This document shows positions 24,319 through 32,000 of a DNA stretch of 32,000 bases, piece after piece. The notes under the pieces were generated by a model, which saw only the letters and a list, made by a program, of their open reading frames with translations, made no database searches and was not told where the DNA came from. The number at the start of each line of letters is the position of its first letter. Within the stretch, counting starts at the first letter, position 1. The DNA comes from Candidatus Iainarchaeum sp. (GTDB lineage: Archaea > Iainarchaeota > Iainarchaeia > Iainarchaeales > JACQJH01), in contig JACQJH010000001.1 of the NCBI GenBank assembly GCA_016205145.1, positions 60,001-92,000 of the forward strand, read 5' to 3'. The translations under genes and the position numbers were made by a program.

Positions 24319-25726
24319 AAACGAATTGAAAACCGATGTCCTTGTCATAGGCGCCGGCCCGGGAGGGTATGTCTGCGCAATCCGTTTGGCGCAGCTTGGC
24401 AAAAAGGTCGTCGTTGTGGAAAAGGCGGGCATCGGCGGTGTCTGCCTGAATGAGGGCTGCATTCCCTCCAAAGCGTTGATTCACGCTTCGGAATTTTTTT
24501 TCGAGGCGAAGAAGGCGGAGCGCTTCGGCTTCAAGTGCGAAAACGTTTCCATTGACGCAAAAAAGCTGCAGGACTGGAAGAACGGCATTGTCAGCCGGCT
24601 GACGCGCGGCATAGGGTTTTTGTTCAAAAAATACGGCATTGTCATGGTGAAAGGCTCTGCTTCGTTTGATTCGAAGCAAAGCGTTGCAGTGCAAACCGAA
24701 ATCGGAACGCAGCGCATCACCTTCAAGAATGCGGTGATTGCAACCGGCTCTTATCCGATTGAAATTCCCGGCTTTGAGTTTTCTAAGGAAATTGTCTTTT
24801 CCGCGAAAGAAACTTTGGACCTGGATTTTATACCAAAAAACCTTGTCGTTGTCGGCGGCGGCTACATTGGAATAGAGCTTGGCACGGTTTTCGCGAACTA
24901 CGGCGGCAAAGTCAGCATAATCGAGTCCTGCCAGCACATACTGCCAAGCGTTGACGCGGATGTCGTTGAGGTTGTCTTGAAGCGCCTGAAAGAGTTGAAT
25001 GTCGATGTTTTTGCCGGCGCCAAGGCAAAGCGGCTCATTGAAGAAAAAGGAAAGGCGCGCGTCCTGGTTGAGGGAAGCGACGGCAAAACCTTCGAGGTTG
25101 ACGCGGACAGGGTTCTTGTTTCGGTTGGCAGAAAGCCTTTGACGCAGAGTCTTGCATTGGAAAATGCGGGGGTCGAGCTGAATGAAAAGGGCTTTGTTGT
25201 GGTTGATGAAACGCTTTGCACTTCAAACAAAAGCGTTTTCGCCATCGGCGACGTCATCGGCGGGTTGATGCTGGCGCACAAGGCTTCCGCAGAAGGGAAA
25301 GTGGTTGCTGAAATAATCTGCGGCGAAAAGGCCCGGGTTCCGAAAATAATTCCTGCAGTGATTTACGGCAACCCCGAAATTGCAATGGCCGGCCTTACCG
25401 GGCGCGAGGCGCAGGAAAAGAAAATCGATTGCCTGATTGGAAAGTTTCCGATGATTGCCAGCGGAAGGGCGCTCACGGCAAACAGCTATTCCGGCTTTGT
25501 CAAGGTTTTGGCTGACAAAAAATCGCACAAGCTTTTGGGAGTGCAAATAGTCTGCTCGCAGGCGTCTGAGATAATCGGCGAGGCGTGCCTTGCATTGGAG
25601 AAAGGCCTGAAACTCGAAGACGTCGCGGAAACAGTGCATCCCCATCCCTCGCTTTCGGAAGCCTTGATGGAAGCGTGCGAGAACGCCATGGGAAAAGCGG
25701 TTCATGTGCCGAATGAAAATAAATAG
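24305..25726 (+). CDS. lpdA: Dihydrolipoyl dehydrogenase (glycine cleavage L protein / E3)
   Basis: FAD motif GAGPGGY, redox disulfide CLNEGCIPSK, and C-terminal HPHPSLSE. The start is ATG 24305 (or GTG 24302) and overlaps the lipA 3' end. Confidence 0.93.
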   Translation: MRLAENELKTDVLVIGAGPGGYVCAIRLAQLGKKVVVVEKAGIGGVCLNEGCIPSKALIHASEFFFEAKKAERFGFKCENVSIDAKKLQDWKNGIVSRLTRGIGFLFKKYGIVMVKGSASFDSKQSVAVQTEIGTQRITFKNAVIATGSYPIEIPGFEFSKEIVFSAKETLDLDFIPKNLVVVGGGYIGIELGTVFANYGGKVSIIESCQHILPSVDADVVEVVLKRLKELNVDVFAGAKAKRLIEEKGKARVLVEGSDGKTFEVDADRVLVSVGRKPLTQSLALENAGVELNEKGFVVVDETLCTSNKSVFAIGDVIGGLMLAHKASAEGKVVAEIICGEKARVPKIIPAVIYGNPEIAMAGLTGREAQEKKIDCLIGKFPMIASGRALTANSYSGFVKVLADKKSHKLLGVQIVCSQASEIIGEACLALEKGLKLEDVAETVHPHPSLSEALMEACENAMGKAVHVPNENK

Positions 25727-25749
25727 GCTCGGCGGCAATCCTTTAATTC

Positions 25750-25759
25750 TTTTTTTTTT
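25750..25759 (+). terminator. T10 tract 24 nt after the lpdA stop (archaeal oligo-T terminator)
   Basis: Read directly from the sequence. It overlaps the stop codon of the convergent pgk-like gene. Confidence 0.5.
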
Positions 25760-27206
25760 AGGAAATTTTTTCCAGCTTTCCTGTTGAATGCATCCAGATT
25801 GCCTTGATTGCGGGCAATGGCGTGTTTGACATTCCCAGAACGGATGTTCCGCCGCCGATGAGCACAGTCGCCTTTGGCGCAATCTGCCTGCCCTCGCCTC
25901 CACCCACTACGATGTGGAAGCCGGCTTCTTCAAGGCATTTCAGTTCTTTCGCCCAAGCCTCGGTTCCCTGCGCGAATTCTTTTCTTTCAAACACCCCGAA
26001 CACGCCGTTGTGGAAAACAGTCGGCTTGTCATTGCCATGGGCGGAAGAATATTTTCGCATGAATTCCTGCACGGCATTTGCATTGAGTGCGATGCTTTTC
26101 GGGCCGATGTCAAACACGTACCTGTCCTTTGGAATGATTGTGCCTTCAACGAATGTTTCATCGTCAAGCTTGAAGTCGACGGGCAAAACAAGTTTTATGT
26201 TCCGCTTTTTAGCTTCGAGCACAACGCCTTTCGCCTGCTCCAGGATTTTCGCGTCAACAAAACTTTCCCTGTCGATTTTTTCCTGCGCCGCTGTTTCAAC
26301 CATTCCTATGCAGCATTCCTTTCCGTCAATTTCGGCCTGCGCTTTGATTAAAGCCATTGCAACGAGGCCGCCGCACACCACTGTTTCAACATGGCCCCTT
26401 TCAAGCACTGCCCTGAGTTGTTTGACCTTGTCGAGTTTAGAACCGGAAAACGAGATGAGTTTTGCCTTTCGCGCCTCGCGGATTTTGTGCAATTCGCTTT
26501 CAAGCTGCTCGCCCATGACAACGTTTTCCATGAACGGGACAATGCCGACCGTCGAGAAGTTCACGTTTTTTGCATCCGAGACAGCGTTGTTTATGAGCGT
26601 TGCCGAAAGGTTTTGGCGGATGTTTTTTCCAAGCGTGAAGAATTTTTGGGCCAAAGGCCTGAGCTTTTCCTCGTCGGCTTCCCACAGATTTATCCACAAG
26701 TCGTCCCAAAAGCGCTTGTTTTCAAGGACAAGAACGCCGCCGTTCGGCATTTCCTGCACGAAATCGATTGTTTCCCGGGTCAGCGCTGTCGCGTCCCTGT
26801 TAAGCCAGTTGCGGATGTAATGCACTTCAATGCCGAGGAGTTTTGAAAGATGGTCCGTAACCTGCGGGTAAAAATAGAGCGTCTGGTCGGCTTCCCTGCT
26901 CTGCTCCCAGAAATGCTTTTGGTCTATGGCTGTCGGCCTGTTCCTGTGGCCAATCACAACAGCCTTCCAGCCTTTTTTGATGCAGTATTCCAGTGTTGCC
27001 TTCTGGCTGTCAAGCTTTTCAGCGTCGAGCTTTTTTTTGCTGTCGATGTCGCCGCGCACAATGACAACGCTGCCTTCGGGCAGGTCGAGGTCTGAAAGTT
27101 TTTTCGATTCCGCTATGAGGGTTTCCAGCGGGACGTCCGCGAATTCTTTTGAGAATCCCTTTATTTCGTGGAGGAACCTGTAAACCCTTTCAGGCAAGCC
27201 ATTCAC
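25758..27206 (-). CDS. pgk: Divergent, elongated phosphoglycerate kinase homologue
   Basis: 482 aa, GTG start. PGK landmarks are recognisable but altered: VVIGHRNRP (SHLGRP), LENKRF, INNAVSDAKNVNFSTVG (NDAFGTAHRAHAST.G), FHNGVFGVFE (WNGPMGVFE) and GGGTSV (GGGAS). It sits directly downstream of gap. Confidence 0.7.
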   Translation of the reverse strand: MNGLPERVYRFLHEIKGFSKEFADVPLETLIAESKKLSDLDLPEGSVVIVRGDIDSKKKLDAEKLDSQKATLEYCIKKGWKAVVIGHRNRPTAIDQKHFWEQSREADQTLYFYPQVTDHLSKLLGIEVHYIRNWLNRDATALTRETIDFVQEMPNGGVLVLENKRFWDDLWINLWEADEEKLRPLAQKFFTLGKNIRQNLSATLINNAVSDAKNVNFSTVGIVPFMENVVMGEQLESELHKIREARKAKLISFSGSKLDKVKQLRAVLERGHVETVVCGGLVAMALIKAQAEIDGKECCIGMVETAAQEKIDRESFVDAKILEQAKGVVLEAKKRNIKLVLPVDFKLDDETFVEGTIIPKDRYVFDIGPKSIALNANAVQEFMRKYSSAHGNDKPTVFHNGVFGVFERKEFAQGTEAWAKELKCLEEAGFHIVVGGGEGRQIAPKATVLIGGGTSVLGMSNTPLPAIKAIWMHSTGKLEKIS

Positions 27207-27236
27207 CTTCTTCCGGCATTCGTTTGGTTGTCTGGT

Positions 27237-28241
27237 TTATTTTTCGACAAACTTGAACAGATCTATGAGCCTGTTGCTGAATCCGTATTCGTTGTCGTAC
27301 CATGAAAGGACTTTTGCGAGCTTTCCGTGCGTGATTGTCTGCTTCGAGTCGAAAATGCTTGAATGTGCATTCCCTATGATGTCGGAGCTCACGATTTCGT
27401 CTTCCGTGTATTCGAGTATGCCCTTCATTTTGCCTTCCGCGGCCTTTTTCATTTCCGCGTTGATTTCGCCAGGACTTGCATCCCTGTTCAGGTAAACCAC
27501 GAGGTCGGTTACGCTTCCGACCGGAACCGGAACGCGCAACGCAAAACCATCCATCTTTCCCTGCAATGCGGGAATCACTGCACCAAGGGCCTTTGCCGCG
27601 CCGGTTGTTGTCGGCACGATGTTTATCGGCGCAGCCCTGCTTCTGCGCAGGTCCTTGTGCGGCAAATCGAGCAGGTGCTGGTCGTTGGTGTAAGCGTGCA
27701 CAGTGGTCATGAATCCTTTTTCTATGCCGAAGCTGTCGTTGAGGACCTTTGCGATCGGCGCAAGGCAGTTTGTAGTGCATGATGCCATGGAAATTATTTT
27801 GTCGTTGCCGTGGTCGAACTGGTCCTGGTTGACGCCTAAAACAATCTGCTTCATGTTGTCCTTCGGAGGCGCGCTGAGGATAACGCGTTTTGCGCCGGCA
27901 GTGAGGTGCTTTTGCGAGTCCTCGATGCTCCTGAACACGCCGGTGCTTTCAAGCACTATGTCGACGCCAAGCTTTCCCCACGGCAGGGCTTCCGGGTTCT
28001 TTTCGCTTAAAACCGCTATTTCCTTTCCGTTGACGTGAAGGGAATTTCCTGACAGCTTGACTTCGCCGGGGAACCTGCCGTAAACCGAATCGTATTTGAG
28101 CAGGTATTCCAGGGTGTTCGGCGGGGCAAGGTCGTTTATTGCCACGATTTCAACGTTTTTTTCGTGCCTTTCGTGCAATGCCCTTGCAACTACTCTCCCG
28201 ATCCTGCCGAAACCGTTGATTGCGATTCTCACCAAGAACAT
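27237..28241 (-). CDS. gap: Glyceraldehyde-3-phosphate dehydrogenase, class I (bacterial/eukaryotic type)
   Basis: ORF 28499 trimmed to ATG 28241 ([16 protein letters not shown]), preceded by GGGGGG. The upstream 86 codons are R/K-rich nonsense. Catalytic motif SCTTNC. 334 aa. Confidence 0.93.
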   Translation of the reverse strand: MFLVRIAINGFGRIGRVVARALHERHEKNVEIVAINDLAPPNTLEYLLKYDSVYGRFPGEVKLSGNSLHVNGKEIAVLSEKNPEALPWGKLGVDIVLESTGVFRSIEDSQKHLTAGAKRVILSAPPKDNMKQIVLGVNQDQFDHGNDKIISMASCTTNCLAPIAKVLNDSFGIEKGFMTTVHAYTNDQHLLDLPHKDLRRSRAAPINIVPTTTGAAKALGAVIPALQGKMDGFALRVPVPVGSVTDLVVYLNRDASPGEINAEMKKAAEGKMKGILEYTEDEIVSSDIIGNAHSSIFDSKQTITHGKLAKVLSWYDNEYGFSNRLIDLFKFVEK

Positions 28242-28369
28242 CCCCCCGGAAAACGATATTATTTTTTGGAATGGCAACGGTTTAAAAACGATGGGCTTAA
28301 CCGTGTATGAAAAAGTATGATGTGGTGTGATATTTTGTTTTCGTCTCTTTTCCGCCGGATGTTTGCGGC

Positions 28370-29719
28370 CTAAGCCTTGCCATTGGCGATGGCGGATGCG
28401 AGTTCCGCGAGCTTTTCGTCCAGCAGGCTTTTGGATTCGGCTTCGACGTTCAGGCGCAGGAACGGCTCCGTGTTCGAGGGCCTCGCATTGAACCACCATG
28501 ACCCGAAATCGATTGTCATGCCGTCAACGTTATCCTCCTTTCCGCCGGAAAACCTTTCTCGGAGCATTGCAAGCACCTTTTCCTTGTCGTTGACGTGGAA
28601 ATTCTTTTCCCCGGAATCAAAGTATTTTCCGAATTTTTTCAGGCACTCCGAGAGCGGCCTGTTCTGCAGTGAAACCGCTTCCATCGCCAGCAAGGCGGTT
28701 ATCATTCCGGAGTCCGCGAAAAAATTGTCCTTGTAATAGTAGTGGCCCGAGTGCTCGCATCCGAACACGGCGTTTTCCTCGCGCATTTTCGCCTTGATGA
28801 ATGCGTGGCCGGTCACGGTCCTTATGGCGGAGCCGCCGTTCGCCTCAATGGTTTCCGGCACGGCCTTCGACATGGGCGTGTTGTAAAGGATTTTCGACTT
28901 GGGGTGCTTTTTGAGGATTGCCTCGCACAGCAACGCCGAAATGCCCGATGAGGGAACGGCGTTTCCCTTTTCGTCCACGAAGAAAACCCTGTCGGCGTCG
29001 CCGTCGAACGCCATGCCCAAATCAGCCTTGTAGTCGACCACGTTTTTCTGCAATTCCATTATGTTCTGCGGCTCAATCGGCGAGGGCGCGTGGTTGGGAA
29101 AACTGCCGTCCGGCTCGAAGTAAAGCGGAATCAGCTTTATGGGCAGCCTTTTCGCGATTTCCGCGAAGATTTTTCCGCCCATGCCGTTGCCGGCGTCCAC
29201 AACAACCGTGAGCGGCTTCATTTTCGGCGTTTCAATGAATGAAAATATTTTTGTGAGATAATCCGGGAGAACGTTTTTTTCCACGCGCTCGCCTTTTTCA
29301 ATCGGGTCCTGGTAGTCTTCTTCAAGGCAGATGCGCCTTATTTCGCAGAGGCCTGTGTCGGAACTCAACGGAATGGCCTTTTCCCTGCAGATCTTGAAGC
29401 CGTTGAATTCCTTCGGGTTGTGCGATGCAGTTACCATCACGCCCGCGTCATATCCGTAATGGCCGACGGCGAAGTAGAGGACATCCGTGCTTACAAGGCC
29501 TATGTCCGAAACATTGGCGCCCTGCTCGAGGATGCCTTTTATGAGCGCCCTTGAAAGGCTTTCGGAGCCGAGGCGTGCGTCCCTGGCAATGGCAACGTTG
29601 ACCGGCCTGAGGTGTGAAACTATTGCCCTGCCAATTGTTCTCGCGGCCTTTTCATCCAGTTCCCTGGGATAAACGCCTCTTATGTCGTATGCCTTGAATA
29701 TTTTCTGGTCTAATGGCAT
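28370..29719 (-). CDS. Phosphoglucomutase/phosphomannomutase family protein
   Basis: 449 aa. Phosphoserine loop TASHNP and Mg site FDGDADR. Confidence 0.9.
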   Translation of the reverse strand: MPLDQKIFKAYDIRGVYPRELDEKAARTIGRAIVSHLRPVNVAIARDARLGSESLSRALIKGILEQGANVSDIGLVSTDVLYFAVGHYGYDAGVMVTASHNPKEFNGFKICREKAIPLSSDTGLCEIRRICLEEDYQDPIEKGERVEKNVLPDYLTKIFSFIETPKMKPLTVVVDAGNGMGGKIFAEIAKRLPIKLIPLYFEPDGSFPNHAPSPIEPQNIMELQKNVVDYKADLGMAFDGDADRVFFVDEKGNAVPSSGISALLCEAILKKHPKSKILYNTPMSKAVPETIEANGGSAIRTVTGHAFIKAKMREENAVFGCEHSGHYYYKDNFFADSGMITALLAMEAVSLQNRPLSECLKKFGKYFDSGEKNFHVNDKEKVLAMLRERFSGGKEDNVDGMTIDFGSWWFNARPSNTEPFLRLNVEAESKSLLDEKLAELASAIANGKA

Positions 29720-29770
29720 GAAAATCGGTGAGCCTTGATTTAAGAATTACGATTTTTGCCGAAAAAAAGG

Positions 29771-30196
29771 TTAAATACCTAATTGTTTCAGGCTGGCGGC
29801 GGCCTTTTCGAGCACGCGCTTCGAATTTGCGAAGGAAATCCTGGCAAGGCAGTCCTTGAACGCAAGCCATTCAAAGCCCTTGTGCTCGTGTGACAATTTG
29901 ACTTCAACGCTTTTTGTTTCAGCCAAATCGAAGGAAACTTCCTTGAAATACGTGGCGCCTGCCTGCGTATGGTAATAGGAAATGTTTTCCCTGAAGCCGG
30001 GCACGAATTCAATGTCCGAAATGCCGGTTTCTTCCATGACTTCGCGCCGGATGGTCTGCTCCTCGGTTTCGTTTGCCTCGACATGGCCTTTTGGGAAATC
30101 CCAGTGGCCCTTGATGTAATGCAGGAGCAGGAACAGTGTTTCGCCTTTCGCGCCTTTCCTGAAAACCACGGCGCCGGCAGACTTTTCCTTGGGCAT
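29771..30196 (-). CDS. Nudix hydrolase (Ap4A-hydrolase-like)
   Basis: ORF 30232 (TTG) trimmed to ATG 30196. Nudix box GHVEANETEEQTIRREVMEETGI, preceded by HWDFPKGH. Confidence 0.85.
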   Translation of the reverse strand: MPKEKSAGAVVFRKGAKGETLFLLLHYIKGHWDFPKGHVEANETEEQTIRREVMEETGISDIEFVPGFRENISYYHTQAGATYFKEVSFDLAETKSVEVKLSHEHKGFEWLAFKDCLARISFANSKRVLEKAAASLKQLGI

Positions 30197-30658
30197 GACA
30201 GACAAAGAAAGCGAAATTGTTTTAAGCGACAACGCCCTTCGATTTTTTTTTTGGATTTATCTGATGAGGGAATGCCGCGCAAGGTCCGGATGGGCGCGTT
30301 TATTAACTTCAGCGCGGTTATTTTTTTATGCGAAAGAGGCCTTCCAGGAATGCGCCAAGGCCGGTGAGGCGCCCCAAGGGTGTTGGGGCTGTCGGTTTTG
30401 GAAGGCGCCGCATACTGGCAGACGCGGCTCAGGAAAACAGGCCGCTCCTGCAGGGTTATGACCTGCGGGAACCGCCAGTGGAATTGATATCAGCTTTTAG
30501 AACGCTTTATGACCTGCATCGCAAGGAATATGACGGTCTTATGGCCGACCCTTCGCTGCACCAGCTCTTTGACTTTTATCTCGGCCAGGGCTTGAATCCG
30601 GGGCAGGCTGCAAGAAAGGCGCTCGGATGGAAGCGGAAAACTTCCGGGGCGGCGGCCG

Positions 30659-31345
30659 TCAAATGAACTGCTCATAATTCTTGCTGTTGAACTTGTACAG
30701 GAAGCCCTTTATTTTGGCCCCGTTGCACGAGTATTCCGCCAAAACCTTTTCCTTTTCGCCGGAAAATTTTTCGAATTCGTGTTTCTGGCTCGGGTCGAAC
30801 AAAAAGAATTTTCCGCTGATTTCGGTTATGGCGAACGCATGCGTTTCAAGGTTGTCCAGTTCCGCGATTACGACTTCGGCTTTTTCGTCGCCCAGGCCTG
30901 CAAGCAGCGAACACAGGAACACTGCGAGGTCCTCGTCGTCGCCGAGCCTTTCAGACATTATTTCCGCGGGGGTCAGCCAGTAGTTGAGGCTCAGCTTTGG
31001 ACTGACAAATCTTATTTCGCTGCACACGAATGCGAACGCCTTTTTCGCGGCTTCGGCGTAATTTTTTTCGAATTCGAAGCCTTCGGGCTTTATCTGTTCG
31101 AGCGCGGACTGGATTGTCAGGTCATCGCCTGAAACCATGGACTTGATTTCGCCGATTGTGCGCTTTTCCCTTTCGTTGATGATGTCCGCGTATTTTTCAA
31201 GCAGCATGCGGAAAAGCCTCAGCTCGAGTTTTTCCATTGGGTCCGCGTTTTCCTGTCCGGTGTTTGGCGGGGCAGTTTCCGCTTTTTTCGCGGTTTCCGC
31301 ATCCGCGGCGCTTTCCGATAGCTTTGTCTGCTTTTCAACGGGCAT
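30659..31345 (-). CDS. Transglutaminase-core-like protein with the catalytic Cys position occupied by Asp
   Basis: 228 aa. GDDEDLAVFLCSLLAGLG ... THAF ... FLFDP aligns with the transglutaminase core G-x-C-x-D-[FL]-A...LLRALG ... HAW ... FDP. Acidic low-complexity N-terminus. Confidence 0.6.
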   Translation of the reverse strand: MPVEKQTKLSESAADAETAKKAETAPPNTGQENADPMEKLELRLFRMLLEKYADIINEREKRTIGEIKSMVSGDDLTIQSALEQIKPEGFEFEKNYAEAAKKAFAFVCSEIRFVSPKLSLNYWLTPAEIMSERLGDDEDLAVFLCSLLAGLGDEKAEVVIAELDNLETHAFAITEISGKFFLFDPSQKHEFEKFSGEKEKVLAEYSCNGAKIKGFLYKFNSKNYEQFI

Positions 31346-31430
31346 ACAAATGAAAGCCGTAGAAAATGCTTTTTAAGCAATGGAAATTGCAAGGCAGACG
31401 CTTTTTTCGTCAGTTGACGTGGCATGCAGT

Positions 31431-31910
31431 TCATGCCAGTTTTTTCTTGAGCCTTTTTTCAACGCCTTCCGGCACGAAGCCTGAAACGCTGCCCTTGAGT
31501 TTGGCGATTTCCTTGACGGTGCTTGAGCTCAGGTAAAAGTATTCCGCGCTTGTGACAATGAAAACCGTTTCGGTCTGCGGCGACAGCTGCCTGTTCACTG
31601 TCGCCTGCTGGAATTCGAATTCGAAATCCGAGAGTTCGCGCATTCCCCTCAGTATTACAGAGCATTTTTTTGCCCTCACATAGTCTACGAGCAGGCCTTT
31701 GAAGGAATCGACTTCTATGTCCAGGCCTTTCGCCGCGTTCTGAATCATTTCCTTTCTTTCCTGGACCGAAAAAAGCGGTTTCTTGTTCGGGTTGTCGGTC
31801 ACTGCAACGATTATTTTGTCGAAAATCTTGAGGCCGCGTTTTATGACATCAAGGTGCCCGAGTGTTATCGGATCAAAGGTTCCGGGATAGACCGCGGTTT
31901 TTTCAGACAT
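31431..31910 (-). CDS. coaD: Phosphopantetheine adenylyltransferase, bacterial CoaD type
   Basis: 159 aa. PGTFDPITLGH nucleotidyltransferase motif and a full-length CoaD-like sequence. Confidence 0.92.
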   Translation of the reverse strand: MSEKTAVYPGTFDPITLGHLDVIKRGLKIFDKIIVAVTDNPNKKPLFSVQERKEMIQNAAKGLDIEVDSFKGLLVDYVRAKKCSVILRGMRELSDFEFEFQQATVNRQLSPQTETVFIVTSAEYFYLSSSTVKEIAKLKGSVSGFVPEGVEKRLKKKLA

Positions 31911-32000
31911 TTTTTATTCCCGCCTTTTCAAGGAATCTGCGCACCCCGGCTTCCAGGCTTTTTTCCGCGCCCGCATTATTTATGCTGAAATCCGCCTTTT
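31903..32000 (-). CDS. 3' end of an unidentified gene that overlaps the coaD start (ATGTCTGA)
   Basis: Stop-free frame from the window edge to TGA 31903-31905, translating ...KADFSINNAGAEKSLEAGVRRFLEKAGIKNV. Only 31 codons are visible. Confidence 0.4.
   Translation of the reverse strand, partial: KADFSINNAGAEKSLEAGVRRFLEKAGIKNV

Noticed and set aside
23374-24471. 365-aa minus-strand ORF overlapping lipA
   Set aside because: lipA on the + strand carries both canonical Fe-S motifs. The antisense frame is R/C/F-rich with no recognisable motif.
28242-28499. 86-codon N-terminal extension of the GAPDH ORF
   Set aside because: The extension is Arg/Lys/Pro-rich nonsense. The canonical N-terminus [16 protein letters not shown] starts at ATG 28241, directly after a G-rich SD.
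30261-30267. CTGATGA, the hammerhead core or C-box-like heptamer
   Set aside because: No correctly placed GAAA plus stem II/III for a hammerhead, and no D box (CTGA) or C'/D' set at sRNA spacing.
1-32000. CRISPR arrays, rRNA genes, transposases/integrases and IS inverted repeats
   Set aside because: No regularly spaced direct repeats, no rRNA-like conserved stretches, and no ORF with a DDE, tyrosine- or serine-recombinase signature.

Overview
The window reads as an archaeal chromosome segment. This is inference from gene content: Hel308 helicase, NAC, Taw1/TYW1, a Fap7-type kinase, an NFACT-N protein and a class III (pilin-type) signal peptide. TATA-like boxes also sit about 25-30 nt upstream of many start codons, which suggests leaderless mRNAs. 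Several enzymes are bacterial-type (class I GAPDH, CoaD-type PPAT, LipA), so an uncultivated, possibly DPANN-like mosaic genome is plausible but unproven. About 33 protein genes are supported.

Main blocks:
- Information-processing genes (1-7.1 kb).
- A cell-envelope block (7.1-14.1 kb) with a 407-aa surface protein convergent with a 1394-aa coiled-coil protein that looks anchored at both ends, an AT-rich RelE-type toxin-antitoxin islet, a pilin-like gene and a small Cys-rich membrane protein.
- tRNA modification and ribosome quality control genes (14.2-17.8 kb).
- A self-contained glycine-cleavage plus lipoylation supercluster (17.9-25.7 kb): lplB-lplA, gcvPB, gcvPA, gcvH and gcvT, divergent from lipA-lpdA.
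- A lower-glycolysis and sugar-phosphate block (divergent pgk, gap, PGM/PMM), then a Nudix hydrolase, a transglutaminase-like protein and coaD.

No tRNA, rRNA, CRISPR array or transposase is visible.

Most interesting items:
- The giant surface protein and its neighbour.
- Two or three GC-rich, hairpin-dense spacers with no coding potential (3330-3552, 4100-4320, 30330-30450). They look like structured RNA genes, but I cannot name the family by eye.
- A 91-bp insertion flanked by 20-bp perfect direct repeats that rewrites the 3' end of taw1. It carries a 26-nt hairpin motif that recurs (25/26) in the 3330-3552 spacer.

All functional calls come from recognising motifs in the translations. No database search was run.
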